A DNA stretch of 64,000 nucleotides, taken from Planctomycetota bacterium (GTDB lineage: Bacteria > Planctomycetota > GCA-002687715 > DRQF01). The stretch covers positions 160,673-224,672 of the forward strand of contig JAZGFI010000103.1 in assembly GCA_036479435.1 (NCBI GenBank), given 5' to 3'. Below are positions 18,870 to 28,800 of this stretch, piece after piece. Below the pieces are notes generated by a model that was given only the letters and a program-made list of their open reading frames with translations, did not search any database and was not told the DNA's origin. Numbering within the stretch: position 1 is the first letter of the stretch; each line of letters starts with the position of its first letter. Position numbers and translations under genes: made by a program.

Positions 18870-19850
18870 TCAGTTCTTGGGAATTGCGATGAGCACTTTC
18901 GCCGGATTACCTGATCCTGATAGCTCGATCGCCCCTTCTCCGGCCGCAACCACCGCGGTCTCTCCCTGCTCTAAGACCAAGGATTCGCCCTTTCTGTTCA
19001 GCCGGACGAAGCCCTCTTGGCACTGTAAGACCGTCAGTCTGTCGCACTCGAGGCCAAAAGCCCCTTCCAGCTCGAGGGCCTCAATTCGGAAGGGTTCAAG
19101 CTCGCAAAGCAGTAGGTGTCGGCCACCTTCTTGCTCCGCGATAACTTGGGGCTGGCACTTTTCGGGGCGCAGCTCCGTATCCAAGACCGAGAGTCCCTGG
19201 TCGAGATGAAGTTCTCTCAACCCGATTCCCTGCTCTTTGCGGTCGTAGTCGAACAGTCGGTAGGTAATGTCCGCCGGTTGTTGCACTTCGAACAGAAGAA
19301 TCCCGCCGCCAATGGCGTGGATGCAACGCGCGGGAACCGGGATGATGTCGCCCGCCGCAACGGGGACGCGTCGCACGACCTCAAGGGCGCGGCCGGAGCG
19401 GATTTTCGCCTCGACGACCTCTTTCGAGATGCCCTCTTTGATGCCCAAGTACACGGCGGCATCAGCACTAGCTTCTAGGATGACCCAAGCTTCGGATTTA
19501 CCGTTCGGGGCCGACTCCATCTTCTTGGCTTGCTCATCATCCGGGTGTACTTGCAAAGACAAAATCTCTCCCGCATCCAGCCGCTTCACGAGAATCGGAA
19601 AAGCCATGGGCGGAAGTACCTTTGAGCCGACAAATCGCTGCGGGTCCTCCGCGTAGAATTCGCCCAAGTCCCGGCCGTCAAACTCACCGTCGACAAGGGT
19701 CGAACTCATGGCCTGCAAGCCGCTCGCATCGAGGGCTTCGCCGACTCCGTAGCCATGGTCGGCCAGCGGAGCGGCCAAGGAACTCAAGTTTGGCCCGGCC
19801 CACATCATGTGGCGTGCGTAGGGTCTCAGCTTAAATAGTCTAGTGGTCAT
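18870..19850 (-). CDS. manA: Class I mannose-6-phosphate isomerase
   Basis: LSLQVHPDD, GKSEAW, IHAIG, EVQQPADITYRLFDYDR. Confidence 0.9.
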   Translation of the reverse strand: MTTRLFKLRPYARHMMWAGPNLSSLAAPLADHGYGVGEALDASGLQAMSSTLVDGEFDGRDLGEFYAEDPQRFVGSKVLPPMAFPILVKRLDAGEILSLQVHPDDEQAKKMESAPNGKSEAWVILEASADAAVYLGIKEGISKEVVEAKIRSGRALEVVRRVPVAAGDIIPVPARCIHAIGGGILLFEVQQPADITYRLFDYDRKEQGIGLRELHLDQGLSVLDTELRPEKCQPQVIAEQEGGRHLLLCELEPFRIEALELEGAFGLECDRLTVLQCQEGFVRLNRKGESLVLEQGETAVVAAGEGAIELSGSGNPAKVLIAIPKN

Positions 19851-21631
19851 CAATGAGCCCCGTTGGCTCCGATCTCGTCAGGTGAACTAGGTGCGCCCAG
19901 TGGGCTAGTAGTTGCGCCCAGAGGGCTAGTCTTAGCCCCCAAGGGTTTGGGATCGCCCGGTTGCGAATCACTGAGGGTCGCAGCTTCCGCCAAAAGGCTC
20001 TTCACCTGGCGCCGTGCGAGCTTCGCATCTCCGCCGCCCAGCATAGCGGCAAGTTCTTCCAAACGAGCTTTTCCTTCAATTTCTGCGATCTCAGCTCGGG
20101 TTCCCGAATCGGTCGTTACCTTCGATACGCGAAAATGGCGGTCGGCGAAGGCCGCAATCTGAGGAAAATGCGTAATGCAGAGAACTTGGCGGTGTTGGCT
20201 GAGCTTTTTGAGCCTGCGACCGAGGACCAAACCTAAGCGGGGCCCAACGCCGGTCTCGATCTCATCGAAGATGAGCAGGGACATCCCGTGGAGCTCGGCC
20301 AGGACGGATTTTAGAGCCAACAGAACGCGAGACAGTTCGCCCCCCGAGGCCGCATCACTCAAGGCCGCCATGGGGCTGCCTGGATTGCTGCAGAGCAAAA
20401 ACCGCGGCCGCCCGTAACCCTGAGGCCCCGGCAACTCCCCTGCCGCTGCCGCTTCGGCCCCCACTTCGACGCCAAAACGCGCTTTCGGCATCTGGAGGTC
20501 GGCGAGTTCTGCTTCTATTTCTTTCGCCAGTCGTTTTGCCGCGGGCTTTCGCTTGCGAAGCAGTTTGGTCGCCGCATCGACCAGCTCCTTCTCAACTTGA
20601 ATGAGGTCTTGTTCCAAGCGTTCAAGTCCCGCTTCGCGAGACTCTAGGTTCTCGATCTTTCCGGCCAGTTCGGCGTGCTTTGAGATAAGTCCGGCCTCGT
20701 CGACGCGGTGCTTCCGCATCAAGTCGTTGAGGCGGTCGAGGCGAGCGCCAATTTCAACCGGATCTTCGCGAAAGGATGAACGGCGATCGAGGAGAGACGA
20801 CATGTCACGAGCGAGGTCGACGGTCTCTTCTTCCAGCCCGACGAGCCGCTGAACGAGCTGAGTGAGTTCGTCATCGTCTTCCGCAAGAGTTTCCAAGGAC
20901 TGTAGGCTTTTACCCAGGCGCGCCTGAAGACTCTCGGGGCCGGATTCCAGCCACGAACAAACGTCTTGCAACTCGCGACTGACATCGCGGGCACGATCCA
21001 AATCCCTGAATCGCTTTTGGAGTTTGGCCTGCTCGCCAGCTTGGGGATCGACGTCGTCGAGTTCTTCTCTTTGAAATCGAAACAAATCAAGTTGGAGCCG
21101 AAGCTCTACTTCCAAAGCCTCGCGCTGGGTGATTTGATCGCGTAGTTCTTGAGCTTGGTGATGTAGCTTTGCACAAAGAGCCGTAAGCTCGCGACAGCCG
21201 GCGTAATGATCCAAAACAGACATTTGTTCGCGTTCAGACAAAAGGCGCTGCAAATCGCGCTGCCCGTGAACATCGACCAGCTCGGACGACAAGGCGCCTA
21301 ACTCGGCTCGCGAAATCATGCTGCCGTTCAAGTAGGCGCGCTGAGAGCCTCCGCTTCGCTTCACGACGCGAACGACCAGGTCGTCGCCTTCCGGTTCGGG
21401 GCTGCGCTCGCCTTGGACGGCCAAGGGTCTGCGAAAGCGACCTTCAACGCGCATCGTTTTTCCTTCGCCAGGATCAGACTCAAGGCGATTTCCGAAGAGC
21501 AACTCGATCGCGGACAACAGCAGCGATTTACCGACTCCGGTCTCGCCACTAATCACATTGAGGCCCGGATGAAGGCTTACGGCGGCCTTGTCCAGGATCA
21601 ACAGGTTCTCGACTAGGATCTCTTCAAGCAT
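19850..21631 (-). CDS. recN: DNA repair protein RecN
   Basis: GETGVGKS Walker A, VHGQ, ASGGELSR, IFDEIETG, VLCITHFPQIA. Confidence 0.93.
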   Translation of the reverse strand: MLEEILVENLLILDKAAVSLHPGLNVISGETGVGKSLLLSAIELLFGNRLESDPGEGKTMRVEGRFRRPLAVQGERSPEPEGDDLVVRVVKRSGGSQRAYLNGSMISRAELGALSSELVDVHGQRDLQRLLSEREQMSVLDHYAGCRELTALCAKLHHQAQELRDQITQREALEVELRLQLDLFRFQREELDDVDPQAGEQAKLQKRFRDLDRARDVSRELQDVCSWLESGPESLQARLGKSLQSLETLAEDDDELTQLVQRLVGLEEETVDLARDMSSLLDRRSSFREDPVEIGARLDRLNDLMRKHRVDEAGLISKHAELAGKIENLESREAGLERLEQDLIQVEKELVDAATKLLRKRKPAAKRLAKEIEAELADLQMPKARFGVEVGAEAAAAGELPGPQGYGRPRFLLCSNPGSPMAALSDAASGGELSRVLLALKSVLAELHGMSLLIFDEIETGVGPRLGLVLGRRLKKLSQHRQVLCITHFPQIAAFADRHFRVSKVTTDSGTRAEIAEIEGKARLEELAAMLGGGDAKLARRQVKSLLAEAATLSDSQPGDPKPLGAKTSPLGATTSPLGAPSSPDEIGANGAH

Positions 21632-21638
21632 GGTGGAT

Positions 21639-22070
21639 TCAGGTTACGCGCGTGCCGGGAGGAGCACTGCCCTCAATGCCGAGAGGCCACACACGATCGT
21701 CGCCTTTGACGGCGAGGATCATGCCTTGGCTTTCAACCCCGCGCAGTTTCACGGGCTTGAGATTGCAGCAAACGATGAGGGTTCGGCCGACGAGTTCATC
21801 GGGCTCCCAGTCAGATCGGATGCCCGCCACAATCTGGCGAGATTCGGCATCACCGGTATCAACTTTCAGGACTAAAAGACGGTCCGCATTGGGGTGGGCC
21901 TCGGCCGCCACGACTCGTCCGGTTTTCAGTTCAACCGCCGCAAAATGTTTGATGTCGATGAGATAATTGTCGGTTTTTTCAACCGCTTCGCTCGCAGTTT
22001 TGGGAGTTTTAGCCTTGGCCTCGGCCGCCGATTCATCTGGCGATTCGGGCTTTTTTGCATGTTCGTTCAT
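21639..22070 (-). CDS. Stand-alone tRNA-binding OB domain (MetRS C-terminal/CsaA/Trbp111-like)
   Basis: HPNADRLL, RQIVAGI, NLKPVKLRGVESQGMIL; start set at MNEH. Confidence 0.85.
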   Translation of the reverse strand: MNEHAKKPESPDESAAEAKAKTPKTASEAVEKTDNYLIDIKHFAAVELKTGRVVAAEAHPNADRLLVLKVDTGDAESRQIVAGIRSDWEPDELVGRTLIVCCNLKPVKLRGVESQGMILAVKGDDRVWPLGIEGSAPPGTRVT

Positions 22071-22243
22071 GACTAGAAGATACGGCTCCGGGGGGACCCG
22101 AAACAAGCCCTTCATCGAGACCTTCAGATAGGCCAGACCCGAAACAAAAAGGACGGGAGAGTCGTCCTCAAGTCGCTCCAAGCGACTCCTACCACCCCAT
22201 GTCATGCGCCTTTGCGGGCGCCTGGAAAGCCACGAAAACAAGT

Positions 22244-22505
22244 CCCTGCCGTGTCCTGCTCTCGGGCCCGGCGGTAATCCCTAGGCTCGACTCTCCCGCA
22301 CCGATTTCGTTCGAAGACGAAGCGGCGGATTAGTGAAGAGCAAGCCCTATGCCGAGAGATTCCGCTCGAGCCCATTTAGCTCTCAGAGCCGAGACGGAGC
22401 AACTATTGCGGATGCCTGGATCGTTAGGTCTTAACGGTCGCGTTCAGACAGACTTCTTCAAGCTCGCCAATCGTTACCCCTGGGTCACGTTGGGCACGGC
22501 TCGAC
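22244..22505 (+). ncRNA. Candidate long rod-shaped ncRNA, 6S RNA-like
   Basis: End-to-end pairings gccgtgtcc/gggcacggc, cccggcggtaat/gttacccctggg, ggctcga/tcaagct, cgcaccg/cggtcgcg. G-U pairs favour the + strand. No credible CDS. Confidence 0.4.
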
Positions 22506-22509
22506 ACGC

Positions 22510-23415
22510 TCAATTCCCGGAATTCAGAAGCCGACTTGCCAGGGCTTGGTTCTGCGGAAAAAGCTCTGCGCCGATGCGCCACGCGGCTCGCGCCTCTTCG
22601 CTTTTCCCCATTTGCTGCAAGAGGTTGCCGAGCAAAAGATGCGTGCTGGCGTGGCCGGGCTCGCTCTGGCGGCGCGCTTGCTGTTCAATCAACACCTCGA
22701 AGTTGCGGCGCGCCTCGCCTTGACGCCCAAGGATCGGCGGCCAAAAAGACAGGGAAACCGCTTTTTGATAACGCGCTTCCCAGTGCTCTTCGTCAAGGGC
22801 TAGGGTGCGGTCAAAGGCTGCGTCTGCCTTCGTCCCCAGGGCTCCCATTTCCTGCTGGCTCAGGTTTCCAGATCTGAGTTGTGCGATGTAAGCGGCGCCG
22901 ACGGCATATTGCGCCTCAGCGGAATTAGCTTCGTCCTTGGCCTTTTTCTCGAGGTAAGCCATGACGGCATCAGCTTGGCCCGACTTGCCAATCATCGCCC
23001 AAAGCGCCATCGACTCCTCGTCGCTCATTCCCGGTTTCGCGAGTTTCCGCAGCGTGTCCTCGAGATCAAAGGCGGGCTCACTTTCCGCGGTCGTGGCGGC
23101 CGTTAGCTCACGCCCCGTTGCTGAATCAGCCAAGCCGCGGAGTGCCGCCGCCACGATAGCTTCGACCTCTTCTCTTTTGACACCCGCAGGTCTCACGCCG
23201 ATTTCCCTTTCCGCCGCAAGACTCCTCTCCATGCGCTTCATCCGCGCGTCAGATTGATCTAGACGATCCAAGATCGCTTCCAACCGGTCCGCCGAACTTC
23301 CCTTGTCGACTTGCGCCTCATCTTGGGTCGAAGTCGCCATCCAGTACCCGCCAAAACTGAGGAGCGCCAACAGCGCGAAAGCCATGACGATGAACGTGAT
23401 ATTCTGAATAGACAT
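22510..23415 (-). CDS. Membrane-anchored TPR protein
   Basis: N-terminal TM, coiled coil, TPR-like AFDRTLALDEEHWEARY / LGNLLQQMGKSEEA; AAGGAG RBS. Confidence 0.75.
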   Translation of the reverse strand: MSIQNITFIVMAFALLALLSFGGYWMATSTQDEAQVDKGSSADRLEAILDRLDQSDARMKRMERSLAAEREIGVRPAGVKREEVEAIVAAALRGLADSATGRELTAATTAESEPAFDLEDTLRKLAKPGMSDEESMALWAMIGKSGQADAVMAYLEKKAKDEANSAEAQYAVGAAYIAQLRSGNLSQQEMGALGTKADAAFDRTLALDEEHWEARYQKAVSLSFWPPILGRQGEARRNFEVLIEQQARRQSEPGHASTHLLLGNLLQQMGKSEEARAAWRIGAELFPQNQALASRLLNSGN

Positions 23416-23612
23416 CTTGGGTTGTCTCCTTAGCCTCGAGCAAGCTGTTTCCCCAGTTTCGCACCCATAGCTGACTATTCTGCCTTTTCCCAACAAAATG
23501 CAACAGATCGCTGGCAAGGGGAAATTTGATGGCGACCAGGTCCAACGAGAAGCAGGAGCTAACCCGATGAGGGTTAGCTCCTGCTTCAATCACTTTGAGG
23601 TCGGTGCTGGCC

Positions 23613-24452
23613 TTAGTTTCTCTTGGGGCCAATGAGTTTGGGCGCAGGTTTTTTGGGCGCGGGTTTGGCCTCTGCTTTTTTCTTCGCAGCCTGCGAGGCC
23701 GCTTCACGCGTCTTTTTGACCAGCGTGAATTTCTCTTGGCAGTGCGCGATCATCTTTTTCAGCGAGTCGTCCTTGGGCGCCAAGGCAAAGGCCTTGCCGA
23801 GCGGTACGAGGGCGGCTTCGAAGCGATCGACCGCCGCGAGGCAGCGACCTTCTTCGTGGAAGATGTGCTTTTGCATGGGCTCAGTCATGTCTTTGTTCAT
23901 GGCCAATTGAAACTCGGCCGCGGCCGCATCGAAGCGACGGTGCTTTTTGAGCTTGTAGGCCTTCACGAGGCGGATGAGGCTCGGTTCGGTCATGCGACCT
24001 TCGATGGCCTTCAAACCCACAACTTCAATCCAGGGCTTGCCGCGAAAAACGCTGGTGACTCGACCGGTGACGATGAATCGGTCGTAAGTGCGAGCCTTCA
24101 AAATCTCCTTCGATTCCTTCATGAAGCGATCGATGAAGAGGTAGGGAAAAGTGGATTCGTAGGCGGACTTTTCCCAAAGCTGAGCGTCATCCCCCCAGAC
24201 CGCAAAATTCACATACTGCTCTTTTTCAAAGCGCGTGTAGTAGGGGTTCTCAATGCTCCCCAAACTTTGAAACTGAACTACGAAGGTCACGTCGATGCCG
24301 CGAAAGGCGTGCGGAGCCTTCATGATGCTTTCCAGTGAGACGGCTTTTTGTTCGTAAACATCGCCCCACCAAGAGTCGTTGGCGAAGAGTCCGGCGGTGC
24401 AGACGCTTAGCCACAAGATGGCGGTCAAGGTCAAAATTCTCATGTTATTCAA
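23613..24452 (-). CDS. Exported hypothetical protein (OB-fold-like region plus TPR)
   Basis: Signal peptide, C-terminal TPR-like helices, GAGG RBS. Confidence 0.6.
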   Translation of the reverse strand: MNNMRILTLTAILWLSVCTAGLFANDSWWGDVYEQKAVSLESIMKAPHAFRGIDVTFVVQFQSLGSIENPYYTRFEKEQYVNFAVWGDDAQLWEKSAYESTFPYLFIDRFMKESKEILKARTYDRFIVTGRVTSVFRGKPWIEVVGLKAIEGRMTEPSLIRLVKAYKLKKHRRFDAAAAEFQLAMNKDMTEPMQKHIFHEEGRCLAAVDRFEAALVPLGKAFALAPKDDSLKKMIAHCQEKFTLVKKTREAASQAAKKKAEAKPAPKKPAPKLIGPKRN

Positions 24453-24552
24453 TCCTCAATGCATTCCTGCACAGTCGTGCTGACTATTCCCTTCTCACCT
24501 ATCGGTCAGAAAGCTGGCGCTACGAAAGGGACTTCGGAGGATCTGCTGATTT

Positions 24553-25125
24553 TTATGCGGGGTCGTCCTTGTCGACGATGACCAAAACGTTGACACCCTG
24601 CTCTCTGAGGTCCGCAACATCTAGGAATGCCGGGGGTTTAGGCCAGCGCAACTCGCTCGGATAACGAAAAACCAGGCGGCCTCCGGGTGCCAAGGAATCG
24701 CGGCGCAAGGCCTCGAAATAGGCGGCAAATAGGTCGGGTTGGTCCAAGACGAGCGGAAACGGCGGATCGGAGAAGATCAAATCAGGGGCGGAATCCTCGT
24801 CCCGAGCAAAAGATGCCGGCACCATAGCGTTGCTTGCGCTCACCCGAGCGCGGTCTTCATAGCCCAAGGTGGCTAGGTTTTGCTCGATGACGCGTTGAGC
24901 TTTTTTGTCCTGGTCGACGAAAACACAGCTCGCGGCACCGCGCGAGAGAGCCTCCAAGCCCAATGAGCCGGCTCCCGCGAAAAGATCCCAAACGACTTCG
25001 GCCTCGAGTTGGGGGCCTAGGATGTTGAACAAGCGTTCTTTGAGTTGGTCCAAAATCGGGCGAGTCCCACGCCCCGCGGGGGCTTGGAGACGGCGGCCGC
25101 GAGCTTCACCGGCAATGATTCGCAA
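24553..25125 (-). CDS. rsmD: 16S rRNA m2G966 methyltransferase
   Basis: LRIIAGEARGRRL, TRP...KERLFN, DLFAGAGSLGLEALSRGA, DPPF; TTG start after AGGAGG. Confidence 0.9.
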   Translation of the reverse strand: MRIIAGEARGRRLQAPAGRGTRPILDQLKERLFNILGPQLEAEVVWDLFAGAGSLGLEALSRGAASCVFVDQDKKAQRVIEQNLATLGYEDRARVSASNAMVPASFARDEDSAPDLIFSDPPFPLVLDQPDLFAAYFEALRRDSLAPGGRLVFRYPSELRWPKPPAFLDVADLREQGVNVLVIVDKDDPA

Positions 25126-25240
25126 GGGCTGTGCCCTCCTTTCGGTGCTATTATGACCGGCCCGCAGGTTCGGGCCAGAGGGAGCGTGGATCTCGCCCCT
25201 CGACACCGTCCCGGGTAGACAAGGATTAAGGGCTCGTCAT

Positions 25241-25966
25241 ATGGTGAAACTGTTTGTCAACGTCGATCACATCGCGACGGTGCGCGAGGCGCGCCAAGGC
25301 AAAAAACCCTCTCCCTTTGAGGCCGCAAAACTCGCGCTCTTGGCGGGAGCCGACGGGATTACCATGCACCTCAGAGAAGATCGCCGCCACGTCCAAGATC
25401 ATGACTTGCGAGAGTTTGCGGCTCGTGGCGAAGCTCCTCTCAATTTCGAGCTAGCCGCTGTCGACGAGATCTTGGATTTGTGCTGCGAACTGCGCCCTCC
25501 TTTGGCCACTTTGGTCCCGGAACGAAGGGAGGAAGTCACGACCGAAGGGGGTCTAGACTTAGTTGGGCATTCCGATCGCATCCAAGCCGCAACGCAAAGA
25601 CTTCAAGCCGCCGGTATCGCCGTGAGCTTGTTTATCGACCCCACGCCTCAAAGCGTAGAAAAGAGCCACGACTTGGGTGCCGACATCGTCGAGCTGCACA
25701 CCGGCTCGTACACGGACGCTCCTGATGAGGAGTCCCGAGCGAAAAGGCTCGCCGCGATTTGTGAGGCCGCGGCCTTGACCGTCCAGGCCAAGCTTGTGCT
25801 CAACGCGGGCCACGGGCTTGACACAACGTCGGTCGGCAAGGTTGCCGCCCTGCCACAGTTAGCGGATCTCAACATCGGCCACGCCATCGTCTCCCGCGCC
25901 CTGATGGTCGGCATGGCCGAAGCGGTTCGCGAAATGAGGCAGGCGATCGATGCCGCTCAAGGATAA
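25241..25966 (+). CDS. pdxJ: Pyridoxine 5'-phosphate synthase
   Basis: VNVDHIATVR, HLREDRRH, TTEGGLD, VELHTG, NAGHGL, LNIGH. Confidence 0.96.
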   Translation: MVKLFVNVDHIATVREARQGKKPSPFEAAKLALLAGADGITMHLREDRRHVQDHDLREFAARGEAPLNFELAAVDEILDLCCELRPPLATLVPERREEVTTEGGLDLVGHSDRIQAATQRLQAAGIAVSLFIDPTPQSVEKSHDLGADIVELHTGSYTDAPDEESRAKRLAAICEAAALTVQAKLVLNAGHGLDTTSVGKVAALPQLADLNIGHAIVSRALMVGMAEAVREMRQAIDAAQG

Positions 25967-26007
25967 GCCTTGAACTCTGCACGCAATCTTCCCGGTCTAT
26001 CGCGCCA

Positions 26008-28032
26008 ATGCCCCGAGTTTCGACTTTTTTTTGGAGTCTCTTTTTCCAACTGAGCGGACTCGTCGTCCGGTCTGATAGGATTGTTTTGGCCGAGGGGCGA
26101 TCGAAGGATGAGCCGCTGAACATTACTGGGGGAATTCTCATCCTAAAGTCCATAACGGCAGCGCGAGTTCGAGATGCAGGCTGCCCGGTACTGGTATTAG
26201 GACCGGGCGGTGATGAGACCGTTTTTCGGCTCAGAAAAAACTCACATAGCATTGGTCGCGGTCCTCAGGTTGACATCGACGTTGGCGACAGGTCGAGCCC
26301 TTCAGCCCCTGCCAACTCCCAGCCATGGGCTGTCCTACAGCTTGAAGGCGCGATCGTTGAAGTCTTCGACCTTCAGAATGTGGGGCTCAGCCTTGATGGC
26401 GAGGAGTTCGTGCAGGCGGCCGAAATCGCGAATGGCGCGAGATTCGAACTCGGTGCTCACGAGTTCTTGTATATCAATCTCAACGCCGACATCTTGCCCG
26501 CTGGACTTCAACTCCTCGCCGGAGTCCCCCTCGGTTTTACGCCCCCCATTCAAATCAAAAACGCCGAGACGGACTTCAATGAAATCCTCATTGACAGCCT
26601 AAAGCGAACCCCCTGGGTCTTGCTGTCGCTCGCGTTTCATGCCCTCATCTTTTGTGTCGCATTGTTATGGGGCGACGCCGATATCCCCGAACGCAGTCAC
26701 GCTTCGCTCGTGGCTGATTTTAGCGACGACGCTGACGAGACTGATACCCATGACATCGAAGACGAATTCGATGAGGAACCCGAACTCAGCGACGATGAAG
26801 TCAATCCAGACGTACCGGAGGTCGAATCCGAAACCAACGAATACATCGCCGACGACATGGCGCTTGACGATAGTGCGGACGAAACATCCGCGCCAAACGA
26901 ACTGGTTACGGGCCTCAATGGTGCCTTGGCCGGTGATGGCAGTGCGGGCGGCATGCTTGGAGGCGGACTCACAACCGGCGACGACGCCAATCTCAAACGA
27001 CGAGTAGGCGAACTCAAATCGTCCGGACTCGACATCGTTTTTCTCATCGATGCGACATCCTCGATGGACCGCGAGATCAGTTCCGCCAAACGTCGCATCA
27101 GCGGCCTGATTGGCGTTCTGGAAGCCCTGCAGATCGAGTTCAGAATCGGAGTGGTGGCCTTTCGAGATCGAGGCGACGAATACGTCACCCGAATCGCACC
27201 GCTAACCGGCGTCCTTTTCAAATCCGTGGCTTTTCTGGACGAAGTCGAAGCCTCCGGCGGCGATGACATTCCGGAGGCGGTCTACGATGCCGTGCTGGCT
27301 GGAACCAAGATGCGGTGGTCCAAGAACGCCAAGCGGGTCATGGTGCTCGTCGGTGATGCGCCGCCGAAAATCGGGACTTTGGAGCCAACCCTACACCTCC
27401 TCGATGCCTTTCAAGCCCAAGGTGGTGTATGCCACTCCATCTTCAGCGAGACCAGCGCGGACGACTACTATGGAGCCCGGGCTGCTTTTCGTGCCATTGC
27501 CAAAAAGGGGAACGGCTTCTCTATGGAACTCGAAGATGAGACTCAGATTGTCGAGAACCTCACGATGCTCGCGCTCGATACCGACAATCGCCGCTCGGTT
27601 CGCAAACTTCTAGCCAACCTCGAGGGCGGAGTTCGCGCCAGAGTGCTCCGCCGCATCTTGCAGAGATCCGACAAAGAGTTCGTCTACAACCGGCTGAGAA
27701 AAAAGGGCAAGCAACCAGAATTCGCCCTGGAGCTTACGCGCCTAAACGCCCGTGGCGCCGATCGCGCCTATCTCGTGGCCTATCTTGAACTACTTCGTGA
27801 ACGAGATGTCTCGGCGTCGAATCGCTGGCTCGGCACGGTGCTGCTGAGACGCCATTTGGGCCACGCGGTGCACGACGGAGGGTTGAATTCCCGGCAACGT
27901 CATGCCGTTAGCCTCGCCTTCGTCGCCGCCAAAAAACTGAAGCCCGACGGGCCGCGCTCGGCCCGACTCCGGCTCTTAAAACAAATAACGCAACGACTCT
28001 ATGACGCGAAACTGATCCTCCGCGATAGCTAA
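26008..28032 (+). CDS. FHA-like - TM - acidic linker - VWA domain protein (start uncertain)
   Basis: SIGRG (FHA-like); SLAFHAL TM; DIVFLIDATSSM MIDAS, GGDDIPE, LVGDAPP. Confidence 0.8.
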   Translation: MPRVSTFFWSLFFQLSGLVVRSDRIVLAEGRSKDEPLNITGGILILKSITAARVRDAGCPVLVLGPGGDETVFRLRKNSHSIGRGPQVDIDVGDRSSPSAPANSQPWAVLQLEGAIVEVFDLQNVGLSLDGEEFVQAAEIANGARFELGAHEFLYINLNADILPAGLQLLAGVPLGFTPPIQIKNAETDFNEILIDSLKRTPWVLLSLAFHALIFCVALLWGDADIPERSHASLVADFSDDADETDTHDIEDEFDEEPELSDDEVNPDVPEVESETNEYIADDMALDDSADETSAPNELVTGLNGALAGDGSAGGMLGGGLTTGDDANLKRRVGELKSSGLDIVFLIDATSSMDREISSAKRRISGLIGVLEALQIEFRIGVVAFRDRGDEYVTRIAPLTGVLFKSVAFLDEVEASGGDDIPEAVYDAVLAGTKMRWSKNAKRVMVLVGDAPPKIGTLEPTLHLLDAFQAQGGVCHSIFSETSADDYYGARAAFRAIAKKGNGFSMELEDETQIVENLTMLALDTDNRRSVRKLLANLEGGVRARVLRRILQRSDKEFVYNRLRKKGKQPEFALELTRLNARGADRAYLVAYLELLRERDVSASNRWLGTVLLRRHLGHAVHDGGLNSRQRHAVSLAFVAAKKLKPDGPRSARLRLLKQITQRLYDAKLILRDS

Positions 28033-28212
28033 GGGCTCGGTCAAGAATAAGTTCGCAGAGTTCGCACTCAGATTTGCGTCAAATTCGGTTTGGGCGATTG
28101 AGCGAGAACCGCAGCATACTTCCTGTATTCGAGGATTCTCGCGAATGAGCACGGACCGAAGATGGCGCGAAGCTGAGCGGCGAGAATGCGAAGTTATTCT
28201 TGACTGAGCCCT
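28032..28212. mobile_element. 181-bp palindromic MITE-like element
   Basis: Terminal IRs agggctcggtcaagaataagttcgca / tgcgaagttattcttgactgagccct; interior also self-complementary; no ORF. Confidence 0.7.
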
Positions 28213-28254
28213 ATGCTCCGAGGCCCCATTAAGAGGGCCCGCTCAGCTGCCTGG

Positions 28255-28800
28255 TTATTTCGGCCAGCTCCGGCGCCACGAATCGGGAAGACTGTCGAGG
28301 AATGCGGCCTGCCGTTTTTCGGACCCCGCAGCTTTTATCAAACTCGACCAGGCCAACTTCGCAAACTCCTTGGCGCGCGTTGCACCCTCTTCGCCCTCCA
28401 CGCCCAGAGCCACGTAGCGAAAGCGTTCTGCCCACTCTATCGCCGCTTGCGTACGGCCGCGCGCCAACAACAACTTGCCGCGAAGTAAAGCCGCATCGGG
28501 GTCGCGAGGATCAACTTGATCAAGGATGCCTTCGGCGAGCGCAAATCCATCTGGCCCTACTTGCATGGCCAGGCGAACGCACGCGAAGGCGCCGTCAAGG
28601 TCGCGCCTCGCCCGCCACTTCAACTTTGGAAGCGCAAAACGCCCCTCCGCGATGCTCATCTCAAGTGCCAACCATTGAATCCGACCTTCGCCGTGATTGG
28701 CTCGATTGAGGGCGACAAGATACTCAAAGTCAGTCAAAGCGTCAGCGTCGCGGTCAAGGGCAAAACTTCGTTGCGCCCGTGCCGTTCTTACTTGCTTCAA
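28255..28800 (-). CDS. Hypothetical helical (TPR-like) protein
   Basis: 181-aa ORF overlapping the upstream HEAT gene by 4 nt. Confidence 0.5.
   Translation of the reverse strand: MKQVRTARAQRSFALDRDADALTDFEYLVALNRANHGEGRIQWLALEMSIAEGRFALPKLKWRARRDLDGAFACVRLAMQVGPDGFALAEGILDQVDPRDPDAALLRGKLLLARGRTQAAIEWAERFRYVALGVEGEEGATRAKEFAKLAWSSLIKAAGSEKRQAAFLDSLPDSWRRSWPK

Noticed and set aside
22071..22241. N-terminal extension of the tRNA-binding protein
   Set aside because: It runs through hairpins and a terminator-like sequence; the ATG at 22070 fits better.
22244..22505. SRP RNA, RNase P RNA or tmRNA
   Set aside because: No CAGG..GGAA..AGCAG loop, no GAGGAAAGTCC, no tRNA-like ends.
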